The notes: generated from the letters alone by a model not told the origin. A stretch of DNA of 47,908 nucleotides from Chthonomonas calidirosea (GCA_945859975.1 CAMAPH010000021.1:1-47908); one strand, 5' to 3'; positions 39,847-47,908 are shown, numbered from the stretch's first letter. Program-made: numbers and translations.

Positions 39847-40740
39847 TTAACTTGCGACCGCTTCTGCTCGCTCCAAACGCTCGGCCATGACCTTCTTCGA
39901 GAATTCGATGGCGTTGTATGAGCTGCGAATGAACGGTCCGGATGCGACAAACGCGAATCCGAGTTCTTCGCCAATCCCTTCGTACTCCTTAAACTCGTCT
40001 GGGTGTACGAATTCGCTCACCGGCAGGTGCTTCATCGTTGGTCGCAGGTACTGGCCGATCGTGACGGCGTCGACGCCGATGGCGCGCAGGTCCTTTAGAG
40101 TTTGTACAACCTCATCCCGCGTTTCTCCGAGTCCGAGCATGATGCCGGACTTGGTGTAGATCTTCGGGTTGAGTTCCTTCACCGTTTGTAAGACGCGCAA
40201 GGTGCGGTCGTACTTTGCCTGCGGGCGCACGATCGTGTGCAGTCGCTCGATGGTTTCGATGTTGTGGTTATAGATCTCCGGCTCGGCGTCGGTGACGTTC
40301 TTGATACACCAGCGCTTGCCTTTGAAGTCCGGGGTGAGGACTTCGACAATCACATTCGGGTTCTCGGCGTGCAGCGCGCGGATGGTTTCCGCAAACTGCA
40401 TAGAGCCTTCATCGGGCAGGTCGTCTCGCGCAACGGAGGTCACGACGACGTGCTTGAGTCCGAGACTGCTGGCGACTTCCGCTACGTTGGTCGGCTCGCT
40501 TTCGTCGACGGTGGTTCCGCGTCCAACTTTAATCGCACAGAATCCGCAGGCGCGCGTGCAAGTCTCGCCCAGGATCATGAACGTTGCCGTCTTCTTCGAC
40601 CAGCACTCGGGCAAGTTTGGACATCGGGCGCTTTCGCAGACGGTGTGCAGGTTCTTCGACCGCATCATGCCCTCGACTTCTTTGATCGTATCGGGACGAG
40701 GCAGCCGGATGGTCAACCACTCCGGCAATCGTTGGGTCAT
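39847..40740 (-). CDS. lipA: Lipoyl synthase
   Basis: CESARCPNLPEC (CX4CX5C), CTRACGFC radical-SAM motif, RSSY. Confidence 0.98.
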   Translation of the reverse strand: MTQRLPEWLTIRLPRPDTIKEVEGMMRSKNLHTVCESARCPNLPECWSKKTATFMILGETCTRACGFCAIKVGRGTTVDESEPTNVAEVASSLGLKHVVVTSVARDDLPDEGSMQFAETIRALHAENPNVIVEVLTPDFKGKRWCIKNVTDAEPEIYNHNIETIERLHTIVRPQAKYDRTLRVLQTVKELNPKIYTKSGIMLGLGETRDEVVQTLKDLRAIGVDAVTIGQYLRPTMKHLPVSEFVHPDEFKEYEGIGEELGFAFVASGPFIRSSYNAIEFSKKVMAERLERAEAVAS

Positions 40741-40795
40741 ACCGTTATTCTACGCGAACCATCAAAAAGGTTCCGGAAACTTGGGATGCCGAAGC

Positions 40796-41749
40796 TCAGT
40801 CGACGGGCTTGAGGAATGCTCGTATCCCTTGCAGCAACTCAAGCACTTCCGGGAAAGACGGATAATCGCCGTAGCAGAGAATCTGGCATTGCTGTTCATA
40901 GTCTCGTCCGAGTGCAGCCGCGACCTCCGGATCTGGAAAGAGAGCGGCACTTGCTGAGAGCTCCAAGCGCTCAGGAAAAACCTAGTTCGGAAAGTACTTG
41001 GTCGTGAGCGCGTGATAGTCCATCACGATTTCTGCGTACTCACTCGAACCTAGCATTGCTCTCACCTCATCTCTTGGCAAAAGCTGTGATAGATCGTAGT
41101 AGTGCCGGGCGTAACCCTCAATCGGTTTCCCTTCCTGCTGCAATCCTCGCGCCACTTTGTCATGGAGCGCAAACATTTTCTCCACAACGGTTCGGCGAAA
41201 GTGGAGGAGCTTCATCTGAAACGGCACACAGTCCTCTTGGTCAGGGGCAACTCCATTGGCAACTAAGTGCGCGGCCAGCAGCGACGTGATGGGCCTTTGC
41301 TCGGTGGGGAATGTTCCGCTTTGGATGCCAAGTTCCAACAGCACGGAAGGGCTTATTCCATCAGAGCTTCGACTTGACCGGTACTTGAAGCGGACGGAGC
41401 GCGCAACGCCCTTGATAATCGGACCGGTTTCGGGGAGAGCGTCAAACGCTGGGTGGCTCGATCCCAACGCGATTACCTCTTTCAGCAAAGTGCTTCTGGC
41501 TTTCTCACCTCTGTCGCCAGGCTCCACGTACAGGTCGATGTCCTCCGAAAATCGATTGATCAGGTTCCAGCCTTTCGACAAACTCGTCCCCCCTTTGAAC
41601 AGCAGGATGTTTCCAAAGTCCGCTGCGAGCTGACGAAGCAACTCGGTGACGAAGTAGTCCTTCTCGATGATCGCTGGTTTGACGTTCCGACTTTTTGCAG
41701 TCGCGTCAATCAACTGCGGGAAATCTTCGCGTTCAAAGAGCCACTTCAT
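40796..41749 (-). pseudogene. AbiEii/AbiGii-family nucleotidyltransferase toxin interrupted by in-frame TAG at 40982-40984
   Basis: IIEKDYFV, LFKGGTSLSK, RFSEDID, EKMFALH and RHYYD motifs. The ORF stops at 255 aa but the same frame continues 61 codons (VFPERL...RDYEQQCQILCYGDYPSFPEVLELLQGIRAFLKPVD) to TGA at 40796. Confidence 0.8.
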
Positions 41750-42492
41750 TTGGCTTGCCATCTCTTAGCAGTTTTTAGTACACGAAATGCTCCAAAGTCA
41801 AATTTTGACAAGGGATTAAGTGAGTCTCGCAGCGGCTGCCAGAATCGCGGCGTTGTTCCGATCTCCTCCAGGAATGCGCCGAGCATGGCTCGGACCCTCG
41901 GCGGCTCGGACAGAGCTACAGTGACCAATTGCCGTAACCTTCGGGGTTCAAGCTCAAGCAGCCGAGCCAGTACCGACTTCAGCGCATCCGCCGTGTCGGC
42001 ATCGTCCATCTCACTAAAACGCCCTCGGTCCCGCAACACTTCTAGTAAAGCGGCGTCTGCTTTCGCCAAGGTTTCTGTAGCTCCTGGACTACCCTTTCTC
42101 CGCTTCGGTCGAAGTACGCGGCTGTCTACTTTGGCCTGTCCATAGATCACGATCTGATCTCTCGCTGGAACTTGGGTTGAGAGCCCCAGCAAATTGGCAG
42201 CCGAGGTGCCGATTGGCCGAGATTTGCCGTTCAGGACTTTTTCAGCCACCGATGAAGCTGCCGGCTGGCTTTGACCAAGCAGCGTCGATCTCGGAACGTA
42301 GTACACGCCCTTCGACACTCTCTCAAGTTCGCCGCTCGCGCTCATTCTGGAAAGAGCTTTCATAACGGCAACCGCTTTGGTCGGGTCAAAGTCGCTGACA
42401 CGAACAAACTTGCCAGCATTTGCCTTTGCAGTTTTTTCCACCAACTTCGAAACGGTTTCCTTTCGCTTCAGGCGGACTTGGCCCTCGTTCAC
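41746..42492 (-). CDS. AbiEi/DUF6088-family antitoxin (wHTH transcriptional regulator)
   Basis: N-terminal wHTH (ALSRM...GELERVSKGVYYVP), AANLLGLSTQVP motif, ATGA coupling to the toxin gene. Confidence 0.87.
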   Translation of the reverse strand: MNEGQVRLKRKETVSKLVEKTAKANAGKFVRVSDFDPTKAVAVMKALSRMSASGELERVSKGVYYVPRSTLLGQSQPAASSVAEKVLNGKSRPIGTSAANLLGLSTQVPARDQIVIYGQAKVDSRVLRPKRRKGSPGATETLAKADAALLEVLRDRGRFSEMDDADTADALKSVLARLLELEPRRLRQLVTVALSEPPRVRAMLGAFLEEIGTTPRFWQPLRDSLNPLSKFDFGAFRVLKTAKRWQAK

Positions 42493-42557
42493 AATCCTAG
42501 TATAGCTTTTAGGTTCAATCTGTCAGGTTTAAATACCCAAAAAACTTGACAGCTTGA
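42493..42557 (-). promoter_or_regulatory. AbiE operon promoter with overlapping inverted-repeat operator
   Basis: Minus strand CTGACA (42526-42521), 16 nt, TATACT (42504-42499), 6 nt, GTG. Inverted repeat tcaatctgtcaggttt (42515-42530) / aaacttgacagcttga (42542-42557), 14/16 match. Confidence 0.65.
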
Positions 42558-42661
42558 GCTTCAATCATGGCAGTGATCGGGGTAGCCCGATCAAAAAGCT
42601 ATACAAAGAGAAGCAGGCGAATAAATCGCCACCGGGGTGAAGTTGACCATGCAAGGCCAAC

Positions 42662-42747
42662 TGGTGCGCGGGAAAAGACTCGAACTTTCACGCCTTGTGA
42701 GCGCTACCACCTCAAGGTAGTGCGTCTACCAATTCCGCCACCCGCGC
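42662..42747 (-). tRNA. tRNA-Leu (anticodon GAG)
   Basis: Minus strand GCGCGGGTGGCGGAATTGGTAGACGCA-CTACC-TTGAGGT-GGTAG, long variable arm, GTTCGAGTC, ...CCCGCGC-A-CCA; 86 nt. Confidence 0.97.
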
Positions 42748-42798
42748 ACGAAAATGTAATGTACCCGATCTCTGCGGCGCGTATACTCGGGTTCCCCA

Positions 42799-43842
42799 AT
42801 GCAACCCACCGGTGACCTACGTGTGACGGCTGTTCGGCCGCTTTTGCCTCCTGCGATTCTTATCGAAGAGGTCCCGCTCACCGATCAAGCTGCAAATCTC
42901 ATTTCCAGTGCGCGAACCCAAATCGAGGCTTCGCTTCGCGGAGAAGACAAGCGACTTGTTTTGATCATTGGCCCATGCTCGGTCCACGATCCGGTCGCGG
43001 TGCTGGATTACGCCGAAAAACTGAAGCAGCTGGCCGACCGATACGCGAACGAGTTGATCGTGGTGATGCGGTGCTACTTCGAAAAGCCACGAACCACCGT
43101 CGGCTGGAAGGGCCTCATCAACGATCCGAACATCGATGGTTCGTTCCAGATCAACGTTGGCCTTCGCGTTGCGCGCAAGCTCCTTGCCGACGTGACCGCC
43201 ATGGGACTTGCTCCAGCGACCGAATTTCTGGACACCACCATTCCGCAGCATATTGCCGACCTCATCGCCTGGGGAGCCATCGGCGCCCGGACGAGCGAGA
43301 GTCAAACTCACCGCGAACTCGCGAGCGGACTCTCCATGCCGGTCGGATTCAAGAATGCGACTGACGGCAACGTGCAGACCGCAATTGATGCCATCAAAAC
43401 TGCCCGCCAGCCCCACTGGTTCCCCGGTGCCACAAAGGACGGCATGAGCGCCATTATTCAAACTGCGGGCAACCCGAGCTGCCACGTCGTTCTCCGCGGC
43501 GGAAGCCGAACCGGGCCAAATTACACCTTCGAGCACGTTCAGAACGCCCACCAGGTCTTGGAGCGCGAGCAACTGCCGAGCCGCCTGATGGTGGACCTCA
43601 GCCACGCAAACTCCAGCAAAAACCACGCGCGCCAAATCGAGGTCGCAAAAGATGTCGCTGGCCAGCTTCGGAACGGCGACAGCCCGATCTTTGGCGTGAT
43701 GATCGAGAGTTTCCTTGCCGAGGGTCGACAAGACGCTGGATCGGGCACGGACCTAACTTACGGTCAGAGCATTACCGACGCGTGCCTTGGCATGGATCAG
43801 ACGGAGCAAGTGCTGGAGCTACTCGCGAACGCCGTACGCTAG
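42799..43842 (+). CDS. aroG: 3-deoxy-7-phosphoheptulonate (DAHP) synthase, class I-alpha
   Basis: IGPCSVHD, YFEKPRTTVGWKGLINDP, GAIGARTSESQTHRELASGLS, DLSHANS, YGQSITDAC. The AroF/G/H isoenzyme cannot be resolved from sequence alone. Confidence 0.95.
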   Translation: MQPTGDLRVTAVRPLLPPAILIEEVPLTDQAANLISSARTQIEASLRGEDKRLVLIIGPCSVHDPVAVLDYAEKLKQLADRYANELIVVMRCYFEKPRTTVGWKGLINDPNIDGSFQINVGLRVARKLLADVTAMGLAPATEFLDTTIPQHIADLIAWGAIGARTSESQTHRELASGLSMPVGFKNATDGNVQTAIDAIKTARQPHWFPGATKDGMSAIIQTAGNPSCHVVLRGGSRTGPNYTFEHVQNAHQVLEREQLPSRLMVDLSHANSSKNHARQIEVAKDVAGQLRNGDSPIFGVMIESFLAEGRQDAGSGTDLTYGQSITDACLGMDQTEQVLELLANAVR

Positions 43843-45425
43843 TTCTTGGTAGCGCGGAGCTTGAAATCAAGTCGGACTTCATAGGCACGGGGCCAAGGTA
43901 ACCAAACCTTGACGTCGTCCAGCGTCGAGATCGAGTAAATCCCGTCGCGGCCGACGATCTTCGTGCCGAAGAACATATCCCGGAAATACTCCCCGAGAAA
44001 TCGCGCCAGATCTCGCTGAACAAAGTTGTTAACCGCCGAAAGCGAGCTACCCGTGGTCTCTTCCTTGGAGGCACCCGGAAGCTCCTCGATGAGTTGGTAC
44101 GCCGCTGGGCGAGTGTAGCGATGGTACGCAAAGTCGTTGACCATGCGGTGCAGCAAGAACTCGCACCTCGCCACTTCGTTCTCGACGCTTTGCTTACCAA
44201 GCTTATGAGACATCGCGGCAATATTTGCCGCCGGAATCGCGGTGCCAAGCGTGTTCCCGGCCGTGTTCCAGCCAGCGTAGCTCAGCAGCTTCTCTGCCCG
44301 GTTCCGCTCCGTGAGAACTTGGAACAGCCGCGGGTCGGCAACGCCGCTTGCGCCGAGGTTGATGTCTGCCACCGCGACCGGCTGGCCGAGATCAATCTCC
44401 TGACCTAACAGGGTCGAAAAAATCTCAAATGACGAAGCGCGCGGGTTCGGACTGTTGATGAAGAGTGAGTAGTCATACAACCCGTCGCCGGTTGCGGGCC
44501 GGGCTCCGGCGGCGAAAATCTGATCTTCCAGCGACTTCCGAATCGGTTTCGATTCATAAAGCGCAATCTGGTTCACCGTCGATGGATCGGAAAAGACGAT
44601 TCGAACTCGCGGCGCCCAGTTGGCGGCTCTGAGCATGGCGCGAGAAATCAGGATATTGCTGTGCTGATCAATGCCTTCGCAGAAGAAAACTTTGGCATCC
44701 AAGTTATTTTTGGACACCGCCGCTCGAAGCGCGTTTGTTTCGCTCACGTGCGGCCCATATTCTCGCGCGTCATCCTGCCCTAGAATCAGATAGTCCAGAT
44801 CGCCCTTCTTCGAGAGATAGAGCAAATGCCCCTGAAGCTCGTGGTTTCGCTTGCGGGTTGCTCGATATCGTCGAAGTTCCTCCGCGGGCACCATCTGCGT
44901 GGCGTTCCGAATCTTCTCGCGTAGCTCTGGACTACCGGTCTGTCGCGATTGATCTTCGAGCTCGACCAATCTGGCGAGTTGCATGCGCCAGCTCGCGGCC
45001 TGGCGAGTTGCCGTTGGTGCAAGTCGCATCACCGCCGAAAAGGCATAGATCTGAAGGTTCGGTGCACGCTCCCGCAATTTGACGAGCCGATTCAGCCGTG
45101 CCTTCGCTACGCCAAGCGGGACGGAATTGACGCGGCTTTCGATCAACCCCCCGTAGGCGATCATGTCGGTAGACACGACAAGGGCGTCCAACTTTTCGAT
45201 CGGCTGTGCCTCGAGCCAATCCAAGATCGCGTCGGGCTGGCCAGGTGAAGTGAAACGGCCAAGAGTTTGGTACGGCGGCATCCGAACGTCGGCCCCACCA
45301 ATTCGACCAATCCACTGCGCGAACTGTCCCGAAGCCGGTCGGCTATCGAGGGGAACCAGCAAAATCTGATCCGCCCTCGCCACCCCGACGAGCAATAACC
45401 CAATCAGGATCGTGAGGAGTCGCAC
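43839..45425 (-). CDS. DUF4127 family secreted protein
   Basis: LVPLDSRP, DMIAYGGLIESR, LGQDD, GIDQ, YAGWNTAGNTLG and LPWPRAYE motifs. Start assigned to GTG 45425 (signal peptide VRLLTILIGLLLVGVARA, TACCTT 6 nt upstream). Confidence 0.82.
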   Translation of the reverse strand: MRLLTILIGLLLVGVARADQILLVPLDSRPASGQFAQWIGRIGGADVRMPPYQTLGRFTSPGQPDAILDWLEAQPIEKLDALVVSTDMIAYGGLIESRVNSVPLGVAKARLNRLVKLRERAPNLQIYAFSAVMRLAPTATRQAASWRMQLARLVELEDQSRQTGSPELREKIRNATQMVPAEELRRYRATRKRNHELQGHLLYLSKKGDLDYLILGQDDAREYGPHVSETNALRAAVSKNNLDAKVFFCEGIDQHSNILISRAMLRAANWAPRVRIVFSDPSTVNQIALYESKPIRKSLEDQIFAAGARPATGDGLYDYSLFINSPNPRASSFEIFSTLLGQEIDLGQPVAVADINLGASGVADPRLFQVLTERNRAEKLLSYAGWNTAGNTLGTAIPAANIAAMSHKLGKQSVENEVARCEFLLHRMVNDFAYHRYTRPAAYQLIEELPGASKEETTGSSLSAVNNFVQRDLARFLGEYFRDMFFGTKIVGRDGIYSISTLDDVKVWLPWPRAYEVRLDFKLRATKN

Positions 45426-45456
45426 TCGGTTAAGGTACCCCCGGACCGATTCCACC

Positions 45457-47508
45457 CTAGCCATTTGCTTCATCGAGTCCAATCCAGCCAACCGCGTCCG
45501 CGATGTCATCAAAAACGCGCATGTCCGACGGCAGATTCGCGAGGATTTCCTCACCGTATCGCTTTGTTTTCAAACGAGGATCGAGCAGCGCAATGACGCC
45601 TTTATCTGACGAACGACGAATCAAGCGACCTGCGCCCTGCCGAACCATCATCTTCGTCTGAGCCAAGGTGTGCTCGCGGAATGGGTCGATTCCCTGCGAA
45701 ACCAAGTACGCCATTCGCGCAATCTGAATCGGTTCGGTGGGAACTTCAAATGGCACTCGAACAAGAACCACGCACGAGAGCGTGTCGCCCGGCGCATCGA
45801 ACCCGGTCCAGAACGAGCGTAAGGCAAAGAGGCTGATCTCCGGCGATTCCTTAAAGCGATCTCCTACCGCCGCCGCACCCGTTTTGGGCTGCATCAGAAT
45901 CGGGAACTCCTCGCGGTTCATCAACTGAAACACGCCTTCCATCTCCTTTCGGCTATGGAAAAGCGCGAGCGTCCGTCCCTGGCAAGCTTCGATAATGTCC
46001 TGCAGTTCGCTCGCGAGAGCTCGATAGTAGTTCGCCTCGTTGCCATCCCGACGCGCCGCGCTCGGGTCCGGAATCGAGCCGACCTTCGGAATGTAAACCG
46101 CCGCCTGTGTGGAGTGATCAAACGGCGATTCGAGGATTTCGCGAAAGTCTGGCTTCAGGCCGATGGACCGCTCAAAGAACGTGAACTCACCGTCCAACAC
46201 CAGCGTCGCCGAGATGCACGCATGCGGCACCTTGCTCCACAGAATCTCTGTAAGTGGCGGTCCAAGGTCAACAATATCCTGCCGCAAAATCGCATCTTGT
46301 GGGCCGAAGCCGAAGCTCGGCTGGCCGAGATAACTCACCGAAACCCCATGCGGAGTAAAGATCGCTTCGCATCCACGGGCAAAGTCGGAGAAATAGCTGA
46401 TGTAATTCCGGGCCGTTTCCTTGAGCCCGCGATCCGATTCGTCAAGCACACCCTCCGCCTGATCAACAACTCTCTGCGCGACGTTCGCGACTTCCATCAC
46501 CAAGGCTCGGGCCTGATCTAAATCGGCCGCCGCCCGAAACTGCTTAACCGCCGGATTGTCTTCGAGTTCGCTCGGCGCGGTTTGCAGAATTCCCGGTGTC
46601 CCGAGCCCGGCCCCCGGCTGCTCAAACTGCCGAATGTAGACATCCAGTTCCTTTCGAATCTCTGCCAGAAACCGGTCCCAGTTACCCGACACCAAAAACG
46701 ATCCCCGCTCGAGCGCGGGACGCAGCAGCCCCTCCAGCCGCCCGAGCAAGCCAAGCAACGCCCGGATTCGGGGAGCGCTCAGCTCGAACTCAAGCCCGTT
46801 TTGCGCGGCAGACGCAAAGTCGTGAGCCTCATCAAGCACGATGAAATCCAGCTTCCCGAGGATTCCTTCGCCCCCCTCAGTTCCGCTCGCCATGAGCGCG
46901 TTCTGGATCACCACGTTGTGGTTCGTGATGATCACCTTCGCCTTCTCCGCCCGGCGACGGGCCGAATAGAAATAACAATCGTGATAGACCGGGCACGCCC
47001 GAGCAGGACAAACCGGCGGCACCGCGATTCGGCTCCACGCTTTCGAGATTTCGGCTTTCGATATTGGCGCCGTACGTCGGAACTCCGTTTCCGTTCCTTC
47101 GGTAAGGCGAGCGCGGATGGCATCCATCTGCTGCGGCAGGTGCTGGTCCATGTCCACCAAGCACGCATAGCGCTGGCGACCTAACAGCAGCGCAGTGGGA
47201 ACTTCCTCATCAAACAGGGAGGCGGCAAACGGTACGTCTTTCTGCCAGTACTGGTCGGCCAGAACGTTTGTGTACGTCGCGATGACCGTGCGCTTGTCGC
47301 CGGCAATGGCATGAGCGAACGCAGGAATAAGGCAGGCTAGGCTCTTACCCAAGCCGGTGGGCGCTTCGAAGGCGCCGGACTGTCCGCCCGCAATGAGGTC
47401 GCTCAGCAACGAAGCTAGTTGCACCTGACCCGCCCGTTCCATGAACCCAGGCTGTTGTCGCAACCGCTCGAATGCCAGCGCAATCAAATCTTCCGGCGAC
47501 GTCGGCAT
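45457..47508 (-). CDS. DinG/YoaA family ATP-dependent DNA helicase (Fe-S)
   Basis: Q motif RAGQ, Walker A EAPTGLGKS, four Fe-S Cys (YAC...CPARACPVYHDC), DEAH, SATL, SPFD, FWTGFD, QGAGRLIR. Confidence 0.94.
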   Translation of the reverse strand: MPTSPEDLIALAFERLRQQPGFMERAGQVQLASLLSDLIAGGQSGAFEAPTGLGKSLACLIPAFAHAIAGDKRTVIATYTNVLADQYWQKDVPFAASLFDEEVPTALLLGRQRYACLVDMDQHLPQQMDAIRARLTEGTETEFRRTAPISKAEISKAWSRIAVPPVCPARACPVYHDCYFYSARRRAEKAKVIITNHNVVIQNALMASGTEGGEGILGKLDFIVLDEAHDFASAAQNGLEFELSAPRIRALLGLLGRLEGLLRPALERGSFLVSGNWDRFLAEIRKELDVYIRQFEQPGAGLGTPGILQTAPSELEDNPAVKQFRAAADLDQARALVMEVANVAQRVVDQAEGVLDESDRGLKETARNYISYFSDFARGCEAIFTPHGVSVSYLGQPSFGFGPQDAILRQDIVDLGPPLTEILWSKVPHACISATLVLDGEFTFFERSIGLKPDFREILESPFDHSTQAAVYIPKVGSIPDPSAARRDGNEANYYRALASELQDIIEACQGRTLALFHSRKEMEGVFQLMNREEFPILMQPKTGAAAVGDRFKESPEISLFALRSFWTGFDAPGDTLSCVVLVRVPFEVPTEPIQIARMAYLVSQGIDPFREHTLAQTKMMVRQGAGRLIRRSSDKGVIALLDPRLKTKRYGEEILANLPSDMRVFDDIADAVGWIGLDEANG

Positions 47509-47573
47509 TCACCGATATTGTCACCGATTTTCCAGGAACTCGTTGAGCGAATGTCTTCGTACAACGTTGAGCT

Positions 47574-47602
47574 TAAGAAAAGGCTCGGGAAAATCCCGAG
47601 CC
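47574..47602 (-). terminator. Intrinsic terminator-like hairpin on minus strand
   Basis: Perfect stem ggctcggga/tcccgagcc (47582-47602). On the minus strand it is followed by TTTTCTT. Confidence 0.55.
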
Positions 47603-47820
47603 CAATACAAGTAAGGAAGTGGCCTGACTTCTCAGGTCCTATTTCTATAACACAGGCCGCGCAATTAACCAAGGAAATTTCTTGGCACTATCCTCTTTTG
47701 CGTCAAAACACGCTGAAATCAAGAAAAAGTGCTAGGTGCGCCCGCCGATCTCAGCTTCCAGAACGTCTTAAAATTTGATTCCCCCGTTTTCCCTTCTACC
47801 GGGCTACACTAGTTCCGCGC

Positions 47821-47908
47821 ATGGCGATGAAGCAGGCGGAAGAAAAGGAGATCACGTCGTCCCCATCTATCTCCGGGTACGAGGCTGGCTTCAGCCCTTT
47901 TCGTATTC
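47821..47908 (+). CDS. Probable start of a CDS truncated by window edge
   Basis: ATG at 47821 is open to the window end (MAMKQAEEKEITSSPSISGYEAGFSPFRI), with TACACT 10 nt upstream. A minus-strand frame is also open here, so orientation is not certain. Confidence 0.4.
   Translation, partial: MAMKQAEEKEITSSPSISGYEAGFSPFRI

Noticed and set aside
40982..40984. Genome-wide TAG recoding (pyrrolysine or alternative code) as the explanation for the AbiEii stop
   Set aside because: TAG ends other full-length genes here normally (e.g. 15255, 43842, 29256), and no suppressor or pyl tRNA is seen.
42574..42593. Hairpin tgatcggg-gtag-cccgatca as an intrinsic terminator for tRNA-Leu
   Set aside because: The stem is real, but the T-tract precedes rather than follows it on the minus strand, so it is not a canonical terminator in either direction; function left unassigned.
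42817..43731. 304-aa minus-strand ORF
   Set aside because: Lies entirely antisense to the motif-complete DAHP synthase; a typical high-GC shadow ORF with no motifs.
29256..45554. ORF-track starts for lpxC (30272), the Skp-like lipoprotein (32184), bamA (35279) and DUF4127 (45554)
   Set aside because: These extensions overlap upstream genes or precede better-supported starts (coupled stop/start, GGAGG, or -10-N6 geometry), so shorter starts were used.
45457..47508. DinG as a type IV-A CRISPR (CasDinG) or defence helicase
   Set aside because: No cas genes or repeat-spacer array in the window; it has the Fe-S cysteines and context of a housekeeping DinG/YoaA.
47521..47820. Replication origin or CRISPR array in the terminal intergenic gap
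   Set aside because: No TTATCCACA-type DnaA boxes and no regularly spaced direct repeats were found.

Overview
Gene-dense, high-GC bacterial chromosome segment with about 37 CDS and 2 tRNAs. No rRNA, CRISPR array, integrase or transposase was seen. The gene content points to a diderm Terrabacterium, most plausibly Armatimonadota (inference): a prepilin/H-X9-DG protein, DUF5693-csaB, a tamB-bamA-skp-lpxD-lpxC cluster and many apparently leaderless genes. Main blocks, in order: (1) rhomboid-DUF5693-csaB, then a 904-aa predicted outer-membrane beta-barrel with duplicated SprA-like modules; (2) secreted hydrolases, a GNAT, a prepilin-like protein and a 1506-aa fusion of an apparently catalytically dead M28/PA domain to a MacB/FtsX permease with no nearby ATPase; (3) menG-polyprenyl synthase-HAD; (4) pstSCA without pstB, with a putative Pho box; (5) a GAF-GAF hybrid kinase, tRNA-Arg(TCT), rmuC-crcB and a class I aldolase; (6) lipA-tamB-bamA-skp-skp-(Skp-like lipoprotein)-lpxD-lpxC; (7) an AbiE-type (type IV TA) pair beside tRNA-Leu(GAG) whose toxin has an in-frame TAG 61 codons before its apparent natural end; (8) DAHP synthase, DUF4127 and DinG. 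All family calls come from motif recognition by eye; no database searches were run.
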